Below, piece by piece: positions 26,315-38,714 of a stretch of 64,000 nucleotides of DNA. The position numbers were made by a program, and so were the translations under genes. The notes under the pieces are model-generated. The model was not told the DNA's origin. It saw only the letters and a list, made by a program, of their open reading frames with translations, and did not search any database. How positions within the stretch are numbered: position 1 is the first letter of the stretch; the number at the start of each line of letters is the position of its first letter. Source of the stretch: Ginglymostoma cirratum (Eukaryota); NCBI GenBank assembly GCA_024137785.1, contig JAHRHZ010000282.1, positions 710,401 to 774,400 of the forward strand, written 5' to 3'.

Positions 26315-28182
26315 TTTGAAGTTTAAAAATTGGACTATTTTGCGTCAACTATGTGCAATGTTCTGAAAAGCTAATATAATAAAACTGAGACGGTAAATTA
26401 TCAGACAGACAGAATTTGGAGTAGTAACCAGTGATATCGGGACTCCAGCATGTTTATTTAGTTGAGGATTTTTCATATTGCCACCAAAACCAACATTTAT
26501 TGTCCTACATAATTGCAAGAGACGGAGTGTAAAGTATTATGAACAGAAATACGAGTGGGTACAGTAATAATTCAGACAGGATCTAATGTAAGGTAAACAG
26601 AAATAGTCACCTGCGATCTAATTTAAAACATATTAGGACAATAGAATTTGAGACATCCGTGTTTTCCTACTGAGTACAAACAGTTGTCCGTTCCTGACTC
26701 CGAAAGTTCAGTAAATCACTGGAGAGTCAGTCAGCTTCCATCCAGGTATAGTTCAATTTGTGAATGTATTTATTGCATGGAAGTAGACAGAGATTGAAGT
26801 TTCACAAAATCTGCTTTGTATTCATTACCTGTCGAATGGTCTACAGAAACAATTCAAGCTGTAAGTCTGGATTTTGTCGACATCGTAACAAATAATAATC
26901 ACTCCAGATGAAGTCTCAGGAACACATTAAGTCATCGATTCTACTTCTGTCTGATCATCTGAGGTCAGCAGCTGTGTGGCAGAATCTCCATGACCCAGAT
27001 GTGAAAAAAAAATTGAAGAAGGAGAAGATCAGATTGATGGATCTTTCAAATTCAGATTAAAACAAGGTTTGGTAAATAAGAGAATACACAATGGTAAATA
27101 CACAATGTATTTAGTCACAATTACCTTTCAGAAATGCCACCCATGCAACAAAGACTCTGAGCAACAGTACTATGCTGTCCGGTCTATGCAAGGAGAGTTG
27201 GATATTGGAAGATCCCAGTTCTAACCTGTACCCTCAAAATATTCCATCTTGTCAGACCTCAATTGTCTTGTGCCCCCAGGGTACAATGTGACTTATAGCG
27301 AGTGTGTTAGTTCCGATTCAATGGCAACATTTCGAAATGGACTAACAGCAACGATCACATAGGAAGGAGTTTCCTACTTTATAGATGTGGGCTTTGTTGA
27401 AACTCACATCTGCTATTTTAATTTATGATTTTATAGGATGTGAATATCGTTGGTTTCGTCAACATTTTTGTTCATCCCGAATTTCCCAGAGGAGGTGCTG
27501 GTGATCTGCCTTTCTGGGGCCCTGCAGTCTATGTGTGTAGGGAGACTCACAGTGCAGTTAGCGGGGGCAGCGGAAGATAGGAGAATTCTAGCATTCCAGC
27601 GAAACTGAAGCATGGTCACATCGTTCCAAGTCAGGATAGTGTGTAGTGGGAGTTGAAATTGCAGGTGGTGCTGATACCCTGAAGTTCAGTGTTTTATAAT
27701 GGACTAGGTTTATTTGAGCGCCTAACTTCTCTGGAATTCTAATCCCCTGGGGATTGGTAGCAGTGACTTCTGTGATCTGACCTCTGCACTAGTTCAATGC
27801 AAATTACTCCTTTTTTTAAAATGATCGTGGGTCCGTCATAATACAAAGATGGTGTCTGCTGTAATTGAGCGAACAATTATGAAGAATATACTAATTTTGC
27901 AACTGAAAACAATGTTTCTGTTCTCCACTGTGTTTTCAGTTTAAAATGTTGTTTATGTTCTTTTCCTGGAACCTGCCCTCCTTAATGTGTATGAGCATCG
28001 CTGTGATAATACATAACCTCCAGATTCGAGATTTGCAGTGAGAGAGAAGAGTGCACCATCATTATTTTTTATCAATTCACTGCTGGTTTATTCAAAATGC
28101 CCAGCAACAGAGAATGGAGAGAGGATGCAACCCTACCCCAAGTTCAGTCTGGGCAGGTTCTCGCTAACAAGAGCTCAGTAGA

Positions 28183-29939
28183 GTCACAGAGTCCTACAGC
28201 AAAGAAACAGATCCTTCGGCCTGTCATGTCTATGCCAACCAAGAAAGACTAACTTGCACCAATCCCATTTTCCTGGAACTAGTCCATAGTCGAATATGGC
28301 CTGGCATTTTGTGTGTTGATACAGATGCTTCTGTAATGTTACGGGAATACCTACCTGCACAAACATCTCAGGCAGCACTTTCTATAATTGTTCCATTCCA
28401 GAAGCGATATTCTTTTGTCTCAGATCGCTTCTAAACTATATATTCCTCATCTTAAAGTTATGCCTTTTGGTCTTAAACACATTTACCTTGCGGAAAATAA
28501 AAATTTCACCAGCTTATCTGTCTCTGTCTCTGATAATTTTGTATCCCTCAATCAGATCCCGCTCCCTTTCCCCCAAAGGTCCCATCGATCAAATGAAAGC
28601 AAAGTTCAATGAAAGTTTTCATCCCAGGCTTATTTTTCGTGAATCTCCTCTGCATCGTCTCCGATCTAATCAAGTCCTTCCCATAGTGTGACGTAGGACT
28701 ACAAACAGTATTGCATCTGTGGCCTAATCAATGTTTTATACAGTTGTAACAAGACTTCTTTGCTGCTATATTCTACTCCCAGCTAATGAAGATAAGCATA
28801 CCGTTTGCCTTCTTCACCACCCTGTCCCTCAGAACTTTCTTTTATTACATTCCGACCACTGATGTCAGACGCACTGGCCTGTAATTTTCTGTCTATTCCT
28901 GCTTCCTTCTTGAACAAAGGAACTACATTAGCTATTGTCCAGTTATGTGGCGCTTTACCTGTGGCCAGAGAAATATCTGCCAGATTCTCATAGCATCTCG
29001 GGGTGCATCTTATCAGCCCCTGGGAATCTATACACCTTTGTGCTCGCTAATAAAAAATCTCATTTCCCTTCCTTATAAATCTCAACATGCTCTAGATACT
29101 CACAACCCCAGCTGAAATCCCCACTGACAGTGTCTTTCTCCTCTAAAAATACAAGTGAGAAGCAGTCATTTAAGTCCTCACCCATGCCCACTGGCTCCAC
29201 GTACAGGTTCCCCCATTGGTCGCTAAAAAAAGCAACTCTCTTTCCCTGGAATTCCTCTTACTCGGATACAATTGTGAAATGTCTTGGTATCTTCTGATCC
29301 CATCTTCTTATCTTCCTGATCCCATCTCCCATAAGAAATTTCATGGACCCCCTTTGCCCTTCTAATTTCTTTAGTTTTTAAACAACCANNNNNNNNNNNN
29401 NNNNNNNNNNNNNNNNNNNNNNNNNNNNNNNNNNNNNNNNNNNNNNNNNNNNNNNNNNNNNNNNNNNNNNNNNNNNNNNNNNNNNNNNNNNNNNNNNNNN
29501 NNNNNNNNNNNNNNNNNNNNNNNNNNNNNNNNNNNNNNNNTAATGCAAAGTAACTGACGGATATTTCCTTCGTTTCCTATACCTGTCAATTGCATCCCCT
29601 GACATCCAGGGTTCTCTGGACTTGTTGGCTTTAAACTTCACTTGTTGAGCAGCATACCGGACCGGAATTCTCATTATGGTACTTCAAAATGTCTCTCAGT
29701 TTCCAAATGTAGACTTATGTGCAGTTATCTGTTACCAGTCTGTGTTTGACAGAGCCTGTCAAATTGTATTGAACTTGGCTTTCCTCCAATTTAGACACTT
29801 AACTCCTGCACTATCCTTAGCCTTTCCATTATGACTATAAACTTGCAGAGTTATGAGAACTGTTCCCTTAATTCTCTCACACGGACACATCTATCACATG
29901 ATTGACTTCATTCTGTAGAATTCAGTCTAGCATTGTTCC
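28183..29939 (-). mobile_element. Degraded CR1-type LINE (spans an assembly gap)
   Basis: CR1-like 3' tail at ~28183 (cacagagtcctacagc..gaaacagatccttcggcc) and internal text such as SREPWMSGD on the minus strand. Confidence 0.65.
29389..29540. other. Assembly gap
   Basis: N run. Confidence 1.
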
Positions 29940-30899
29940 TGTGATAAAGCAGAGGATGACATCCCCATCCTCCCCACCCCAAACCCCCCAGAACTGAAAT
30001 TGAATCACCCAAAGAGGATCATCTCTCCCTATAGCCTGTAAAAAGAGTGTCAGAAGTGGTGCAACCTGCGCTTCAGCAACTTCTGGTGGTTAGAGAAAAT
30101 AAACACCCCTACAATCATTTTAAAATTACAAAAACAAGTTTATTTATGACTCCAACAGTGAATAAATTAACTAAACTACTAACAAACAGACTAAATCCCT
30201 TCTAATTACAAACTATTCCTGAATAAAGCAAGATTCTAAAGGTATGTTGTTCTAATAAATACATATCCCACCTTTATCAAAAAAAATTAGTCTTTCGAGC
30301 TTTCAGCCATGTTACCTGTCTTCCGGAATGTTCTGTGCTGTCACCGTCGAATCTCCTGTCAGGAATATTAACTAGTTACTTAGATGTCGCTTTCTGTAAG
30401 ACATAGAGGAGGCTGTGAGAGCTAGCGATTCTCTCTGGAGAGCTGAAGGCTGTTAGATTTGACAGGTGGCAGCTCGCTCTCAGGCTTTGTCCAACTGCCC
30501 CCTTCATTTATACAGTTGATGACATATCAATATTTCTTCAATAACATTGGTCCGATGTCGTCAAAACAATTAGAATTAAATTTAATAGATTTGCGTTATC
30601 TATGTACCTGGTTCAAACTAACTGGCCAAATTCAAAAGCCTGCTGCCTTGGTAAAGCTTGCTTCTTGGCCTGCTAACTATACAGCTTTTCGATACAAATG
30701 CTTCAATACGGGTGTTCTCTGTCTACTTGCAAACTTTCAAACTGATGCTCACAGATATCCATGTAAAATTTCTAAGCAAGAAAAAGCACATGATCTTTTA
30801 AAAGGACCTCGCAATGCTTTCCTCCATAGCAACTTTAGAAAGACCAAATTCTAACTTCTTGCCTCCCCAACCACATCTACTCTACCCAGTTTCGTAACA
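29940..30899 (-). mobile_element. Probable solo LTR inserted in the CR1
   Basis: TG...CA termini with a short inverted repeat (tgtgataaa / ttcgtaaca), imperfect 4-bp flanks ttcc/tgcc, minus-strand TATA (~30507-30512) and AATAAA (~30141-30146). Confidence 0.5.
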
Positions 30900-31503
30900 T
30901 GCCTCAGCTGAGCACGAAGAGGAGCCTTTCAACTTTCAAACGGATTGCAAAAACTTTAGACGGATTGCAAAACGATGTGGCAGAATAAGTTCAAGTGGTT
31001 TGGACGTGCTTTACCTCCCATGTTCTTTGACCTCCATAATCAGTACGGGAAGTGGCTTCAGAAATCATATCCCTGGATGTGTGTCACATTTCCACATTGC
31101 TATTTACGCTCCATCTCCCACGCCCATTGCTTTATCCTGTACGAATTATTTTCAAAGAAATCAATCCTTCAATGTTTGGATGATTTTGTTTGATGATGGT
31201 TCTTGCCCCAAATATCTAATTCATTCATAACGTGCGTGGAAATATGATAAAAAGCATTTGATTTTGCAAAGTACGGAAGGTGCAAAAAAATTCAATCCTT
31301 CTCCTCACAGAATGCTCCTCCTTATTCTGTTGAACACAATCCCAGTATTCTTAACAGCTTTGTTTCTGTACAATTATGACCACATGGCAAACCCAGGCCA
31401 TTGTTGGTTCCATTCATTCCACATTTGACATTACTGACCGCACTGTGGACACAAAGTTGTTGCTTCAGTTCTTCTAGTGTACAGTCCCAGAATTCACAAG
31501 CTA

Positions 31504-31927
31504 GCTGTTTGTACTCGATCTGTTGTATCTCTGCATCAGTGTGAGGATTTTAGGGCACAAACATACATGCCGCTTTTGCTGTAAAAATATCCAGATACTT
31601 AAAGTTACCATGTTATTTCCTTTAAGTAAGTTAAAAATGAATCAGTCTTGTAATTCTGAAGGCTGATAACCATCTTCTATGTATCTTCAGTATATATCTC
31701 AGAATTTCCCGTGGGTACTAGATGTACCAGATTTGGGTTCCACTGGCATAAGCTACCAAGAAACATCAGTGCTGATTTATGTGTTCTCCCTTCCAGAACA
31801 TAAATGCGGATGAATTTTGCAACACTAAATCAAAAGTACAAAATGTTTCATTTAACAGGGAATAAAAGCACCTCCTGGAAAACGCACTCACTATTTAAGA
31901 AAAAAGCTAACCTGCCTGAAAGTCCAT
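31504..31927 (-). pseudogene. TCR V pseudogene (TRAV/TRDV-like) with RSS
   Basis: Minus strand: decayed leader with a gtgagt donor (~31891). Then VLQNSS..KGEHINQH*C..QIWYI*YP..ELQD*FIFNLLKGNNMVTLSI..SGMYVCALK. Heptamer cacactg (31543-31537), 24-nt spacer, nonamer acaaacagc. Stops and frameshifts. Confidence 0.75.
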
Positions 31928-32365
31928 TCTTATTGGCGAGGAATACAGAAAGCAAATGGTATCTGGTTTATGTTTTGAAAGGAAATACTAAAATATTTTA
32001 AATGTGTTGCCCCGCCTAGTCTGATGTTAATGTGCCGCCAGGATCAGGTTTCACTTACTGAGAGGCTGAAGGCATTTTCGCAATTCTCTGTCAAAGCAGA
32101 TGACAGCTGCGAACAAAGCAATGGGATCTGTCGGGATTAACTTCCTCTGATCATTTGTGTTTCTTCTCTGACATTCTCAGTGTCCCTTTGTCTCCGTATC
32201 TTTGCACTGATTTCTGCCTCTTCCTGATAAGTGTACCTCTCCTTGAAACAGACATCCTCTCGGCCATAAAATGCACGTCAATTAATCCCATCCAAATAAT
32301 GCAATAATCTGATGTTCTTTAGGGAGGCTAACTGTTGTCCTCACCTGGTCACGACTACATGTGAC

Positions 32366-32499
32366 NNNNNNNNNNNNNNNNNNNNNNNNNNNNNNNNNNN
32401 NNNNNNNNNNNNNNNNNNNNNNNNNNNNNNNNNNNNNNNNNNNNNNNNNNNNNNNNNNNNNNNNNNNNNNNNNNNNNNNNNNNNNNNNNNNNNNNNNNN
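32366..32499. other. Assembly gap
   Basis: N run. Confidence 1.
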
Positions 32500-32603
32500 T
32501 TTAAAGTTCTACCGCATCACCGTCATTGAGAGTTGTTGTCTTCACAGCAAGTCCTAGTCTGAAAACCAGAGCCTGATTGATCCTCCTATCCATCTTTATC
32601 CTC

Positions 32604-33070
32604 ATGAAAAGGAAGACCTGCAATGACCTGTTCTCACTTGCAGCTCTGATATTCTTGGTATTGCGTAACTTTAGTTTTTTAATCAGGCGCCTTGTTTTAT
32701 CAATCCCTCTATAGTTGGTTATGTTTGAGTAACGTTTCTTTTGTTACAGCAATTCAACGTGAGAATCAAAGCTCATAGGCTGGTCAAGTGCTATCTTTGG
32801 AAGGGGATCTAGTTGAATTGGACTGTTGGTTCTCCATTCGTTCTGGTGCTAATGTAGCCTGGTACAGACAAACACTGACAGGGCCTCTGTCATTTATTTG
32901 CTACATGTGCCAGCGTAATGTCGCAATTGGACGCGACACTCTTTCATTTGACAGAGAAAAGAAGGATAAAACCATTTTGTTTGAGCACAATGAGGTCGAG
33001 GATGCTGGAGTGTATGACTGTGCGATGCAGGTACTGTGAGACAACCAGTGGGTCTGGTCCTACAAAATCT
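32604..33070 (+). pseudogene. TCR V pseudogene with leader and mutated 23-RSS
   Basis: Leader 32604-32664 (..LFSLAALIFLVL, gt donor). V exon from 32750 with an in-frame TAG at 32776; ELDC, AWYRQ, EDAGVYDCAMQ. Heptamer tactgtg (33032), 23-nt spacer, nonamer acaaaatct. Confidence 0.8.
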
Positions 33071-33273
33071 TCCATTGTACTGTGTCTCCATGTGCAGTAA
33101 ACTTTCACCAAAACAAGGAATTTACAAGAAAGAGTAATTTGAGAAAAATTACTTTTCAACTCAAACTTCCAGATGGATTAATTTACAACATCCTATCACC
33201 GATAAATTTTATAGGATCATATTAAATCGGATTTTCTGTGTGTGCAACATGAAAAATAAATGATGACCATGAA

Positions 33274-33402
33274 NNNNNNNNNNNNNNNNNNNNNNNNNNN
33301 NNNNNNNNNNNNNNNNNNNNNNNNNNNNNNNNNNNNNNNNNNNNNNNNNNNNNNNNNNNNNNNNNNNNNNNNNNNNNNNNNNNNNNNNNNNNNNNNNNNN
33401 NN
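33274..33402. other. Assembly gap
   Basis: N run. Confidence 1.
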
Positions 33403-33444
33403 TTTGTCATGTGTTGAGGTTGTTCAGACTCATCGTGTTTTGCA

Positions 33445-33815
33445 GCTACTTCTTCTCACCCAGAGAATTTCCAGTATCAGATTATCAGGGAACTGTTGGT
33501 CAAACCATTTTCCTTCAAGGCAAAACTATTTGTGCTTCGATTGACTTTGTATTCTGCTGCAGACACTCCTGCTATTAAATTCCAAATACCTCATCTCACC
33601 TTTCAGATATTTTCTTCAGATACTCCAGGAATGACAAGGACCTGTGCAAAATTACTTCAAGTTATCTTTGTTTGGGACCATGCTTTAGTCTTTGACTATT
33701 GATGTAAATGCGCAATTCTTTCACGACAAAAGCATTGTACAGGCAGAATAAAATGCATGTGGTTTCAGACAAGCCCAATATGAGACACCATTTATGGCAG
33801 TGTGTCACACAATGT
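33445..33815 (+). pseudogene. Possible decayed V-segment relic
   Basis: After acceptor ttttgcag: LLTQ..SGTVGQTIFLQ..IDFVFCCRH (from VFWYRQ?), KYLI, SLTID.NAQ across frames. RSS is only vestigial. Confidence 0.35.
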
Positions 33816-34806
33816 TTCTGGCGTCGTTATTAAAGATATTGATCAGGGTGTTCAAAGTTGGGGATACAATCTTTGGAAGCCAGCTTTCTCGTCGAGGTTA
33901 TTACTCATAACCGTTACCTTTCTTTGTGTCTGAACATTCCAAACCGTAAAATATGCGTAAAATATGTTAGTTTTCTTCAAACCTGCGCCAATGCACATCA
34001 CAATGAGTTTCACTAAATTACAAGCTCCTCATTAATGTGTTGGTTTTATACCAATTCCTGTAAAGCTTTACACTGTCATGCAATTCCCTTACGGGATGTA
34101 GTTGTTGTCCAACTGTTGCTCCGCCATAAAAAAAGGCCAGTTTGGATGTGACCACGTTGAATTCAACTAAGCTGGAGTCAACTCGCTCCAGAATGCATGG
34201 GGCCTTGCAAGAATTGATCTGCTTCCTGGTGAAACAATTCCGCACTGATATAAAATTGTGAAATTTATTAAAATTAGGTTTGCGCCAAACCGATATACAT
34301 CGATTAGAGTGACTATGTTGAATTTGACGTGTGCATACTGAGTTTAACACTATTGAGCTGTTGTGTTGGATGTCGCGGCACAAACCTGGCCAGGTATGGT
34401 TATGTATCAGTAAAGATTGGGCTCATGCTCCCCGATTTGTAACTACTTTGAGGAACCTATCGACAATGTTAATGCAATCAATTCTTTTACAGGGTCTCAA
34501 AATCACATTGCACTTGGCAAGTGATTAAATAGGCAGAATAATTTTCAGGAGCGAGAGGATGGTTATGTCTTCCAAGACAATTTATATTTATCAAACTGGT
34601 AGGTAATGAAGACGTCTGTTTTGTCCCAAAATCCAATTAAGTGTCTTTCTTTTATATGAGGAAATGCAACTGGGACAGTTCTACGATCTGTGGCTATTTC
34701 ATATTGGAGCAGTGTCTCCGCACGTGATAAACAATTCATTCTATGAGCAGCAGAGGCACTGATCTGTTTTGTTCCAACGAATGTATTAATGTAAAATACC
34801 AAGCAT

Positions 34807-34961
34807 CTAATTATCTCCCTGCAGGTTTGTCACCAACTACGAAAGTCATCGTTGTGCAATGAAGTTCATCATGCACTGGCGTTTGTGTTACAAATGCACA
34901 GAATACCAAAAGTCTGATGATGCCATTTACTATCCCGACCTTGCAGTAATCGGAATGCCAG
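34807..34961 (+). pseudogene. Orphan GPR139-like exon 1 (frameshifted) with promoter motif
   Basis: 34894-34961 aligns to gene B exon 1 (MHRIP..AIYYPDLAVIGMP G|gtgaag) but is 68 nt long with TGA at 34915. CTAATTATCTCCCTGCAGG at 34807-34825. Confidence 0.85.
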
Positions 34962-35850
34962 GTGAAGTACAGAACTTCAGCAGTAACTGCGTGAATCATA
35001 GGTCAACTGCATCAATTCTTCCTTTCACCGCTGACACATCTCCATGATATTGATCCTTTGTTCTTTTAAATAGAAATGTCTATCAACACAACAATACAAA
35101 TTGTTCATCCTTTCTGATATTATTTCTGATGTTTTTCACAGCATTGATCCTCTTCTTTAACAGTTTTATGTTGCCACTTAACCTTATAATTTATGTCATT
35201 GACTGAGATGATTTCTCTCTATAAATATGTCACCTTCTCTCACTTAATGTGTTTTTTCACCAGCTTACCCGTGTGGTTTCTTCTCGTGTCCTGCCTCAGT
35301 TGCCCGTTTCGTGTTTGTGTTCCCAATAGTGATTGGTGTTACTTCACATTTTAATACTTGCCCCCATTTATCATTATCATCTCAGGTACAGATATGGCTA
35401 TATTGTTTTATTCACAGTCAGTGTGCAGGATTCATTATATGGTTATCTGGGCCGACTGCAATTATGGTGAGTTATTGGCGATTCTTTTAAGGGCCAATTA
35501 CCACAAAATTGCTGCAGTGTGAACGTGTTGTATTTTGGCATCGCCACTATTACTATGGATAAAATATCATAATATTATCACAGTGTGAATAGATCCTTAG
35601 TGTTATTGGCGCTGTTACAGGTGGTGAATTATCACATTGGTATCAGTATGTGTGTTTATTGCATTATTTTAATTCTAACTGTGGGTATCATAACACCTCA
35701 TTGCTGAGGTGCAAATGGAGAACTATTATATTACTGACAGTATAACAGTGACCATGTCATTTTCAAAATGCCTCACTCAGTGAGAGAGTAGGGCTTTTAA
35801 ACCATTTATTCACAAAATATGGACGCCACTGGCTCGGCCAAGGTTTATTA

Positions 35851-36170
35851 GGGGCGGCACCGTGGCTCAGTGACCAAATCTGCTGCCTCACAGCACCAGC
35901 CAACTGGCTTCAACTCTACCCGGGGGCGACTGTCTGTGTGGAGTTTGCACATTCTCCCTGCGTCTCCGTGGGTTTCCTCCGGGTACTCCGGTTTCCTCCT
36001 ACAGTCCAAAGATGTGCAGGTTAGGTGGACTGACCATGCTAAATTGCCCGTAGTGTTCTGGGATGTGAAGCTTAGGTGGGTTATAAGGGGTTAGGTCTGG
36101 ATTTTCCAGCTGTCGGTGTGGACTTGTTGGGCCAAAGCACCTGTTTCCGCATTGTCGGGATTCTATGTCT
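35851..36170 (+). mobile_element. tRNA-derived SINE (HE1-like)
   Basis: ggggcggcaccgtggctcagtg..ctgctgcctcacagc..tgtgtggagtttgcacattctccctgcgtctccgtgggtttcctccgg. Confidence 0.9.
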
Positions 36171-38111
36171 TGTTGCATTCTCAGCGTTCCCCTTCTGAAG
36201 GCAGTGGAGAGCTCCTTTCTTGAACTGTTGTAGTCATTAGCTTTAGGTCGACAAACAATGTTTAGGATTTTGACTGCCTTCACATCAGTATTTTTGGATG
36301 AAATTTAGTGCAATGAATCAAGAAGGCAGGCCACCACCTTCTGAAGGTAGATTATGGATGGGTAATTATAAGGAATAGTTTCAACAATGGATCAATATTA
36401 TGTGTTGTCCTATGACCCAGTGTTACTGTGGATGTATCGTTGCCTTGTTATCATGGTGTCATTCAGATCGTGATGGACTATTACCCAGATTTGAGAGATT
36501 GGGACCAGTGACTCAGTGATTGAATTTATTAAAAGGACATTAATAGTTAGCGAGTTGTTTACAGATATAGAAGCAAAATATTCTTTCACAGATTGGTTAT
36601 TCGCTTTTTTCATCTGCCTCACAGAGCAGGGTTTCTGTTTTCAGCCTGTAATTTTCGGCCCAGTTCTGCACTTAAATACTGACTACAATTGATGCTTCTA
36701 CAATCATGCCCACTAAGGCAGCACATTGTATGTGTAATTCAATGTATTTCTGTTCCGACATTTAGGAAGGAACATAGATCGGAAAGATTTAAAGAAATAT
36801 AGGCCAGACGGCTGGAGGGCCTGTTTCCTTGTTGTTTAACACTATGCCTCTTTGATATAACCACAAGTTATATTATTCTTAATTTCACACATAATCAGCC
36901 TTGACTAAACTAGAGTTCCTCTGTATTTTATCCAGACCTGCATTTTTCTGGAAGTCTTTAGTACTGCCCTGTAGAAGGAAATTAATCCTGTAGCTGTTTT
37001 ATACGTTATATTCCCTGGGACATTATGGGGGAGATGTATCTGTTCTTAATCAATGTGTATGGAATTTATGGAATGGCGATTACGGAGGCAGATTTATTTC
37101 CTGACATCCTTGTATTTTCTCTGACAGTGTATGATGGAACGTAAAGAAATTGCCAAGGAAGATTATCTCAGTGTCTTCCTTATGCTTGATACTTTTGCTC
37201 TTTGATGAGATTAATATTAATAGAACGGCATTGAGGTGAATTACAAAAACAACAAAAAGAAAGAAATACGTCATCCATGATTTGTGATGTTATCTAATTT
37301 TGGTTCGGGTCCTGATGGTTAGAAGTTAATAAGAATTCATTTATTTTTCAAAATCAGAATTCCATCAGTATTTATATGAAGTCGTTCTGTTTCGTGTAAG
37401 TAAACATATATTGTTTTATTATTTTGGGCAATTCGGTGGATTTAGACAAATAATCTTACAATCTATAGTAATTATAACTGAAATGATTTTGTGTAATATC
37501 AATCAAGCAAAGCATTCAGCAGTATTTGTGAAGACGTTTATAATCAATGCATGAAGACTGTATTGTACTGGAAGGCACTACAACACATTTTCTTCACCAC
37601 AATTTACAGAACTGTCAGTTCCTGGTTTTCCAGCTGACAGCTGGAAATTCCAGGATACATGTTGTGCGTGCCACTTCACTGCATACGATGTGCTAATGAG
37701 AATCGAGGGAATGTTCTCCATGTTTGGTGTCATACTGCGAACAGACTAAACTGCCTGTGTTTCTTAGATTTCGATAATCTCGGTTCCAGGATACCTCTGC
37801 CGCAGTTAGTAGGACTATTGACAAGAACACACCAATTTGATTGACTTGAACAAAGATAATCCATCATAGAATCAGAAGTGAGAGACCCAGGGACTGAAAT
37901 CACGGCCTTTGATGATGTTCACTGATTGGGCTCACGTCCGACTCTCTCCCTATATGTTTTCTGCCGTGCTATGTTTCTCCAGAATCTTTTTTTTTTAATT
38001 TCTTGAATTCTTAAAGAAATTTCTTTAATTTCTTGGGTCTTTTTGCATTTGGTCTCAGAAGAATTGATACACTTGTCCATTTTAAAGCTGACAATAAAAT
38101 ATAATTTGCAT

Positions 38112-38170
38112 AGAAAGAAAGAAACGACAGGAAGAAGCAAATAAAGAAAGAAAGAAAGAAAGAAAGAAAA
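38112..38170 (+). repeat. (GAAA)n microsatellite
   Basis: agaaagaaagaaa...aagaaagaaagaaagaaagaaagaaa. Confidence 0.8.
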
Positions 38171-38714
38171 TTAATTGATGCAGCATTTTTCACGACCTCA
38201 CGACCAAACACTTTTAGGCACAATTAAGTAATTCATTCAAATTCATTTGAAATATTGGAAATGAAAAATCAAATGTGAACAAAGCAAAATTCCAATAAAA
38301 AATCGAGAGAACATAGCAGCAAACTGGTTTCAGCGCTAATATATGACCAGCATATGTTGACCAAGCAAGCCGCACATGAAACTTCTTGTCCTTTTTGGAA
38401 TGCCAACTGTAAAATATTATAAAGTCCAACTGAGAGATTGGACACACTCAGTGGTTCAGATCTCATCCAGGAAGACAGCGCATTTGATAGCTCAGCATTC
38501 CTTCAATATTCACAACAGGGAAATGTTGACCCTGCTCAATGGGCTGAAAATGTCTCAAGTCGGGCTAGGTGAATGCATGATGTCTGATTCCATGGAGAAA
38601 GAGGAGGAGAATGCCGATCATTAAATGATGCTACTATGTGTGATTCTTTTTTCTCAGTGTTTAATGCAAACAATGGCCTGAATGATAGGAAAGATCAACA
38701 CTTTCTGTAGCTCC

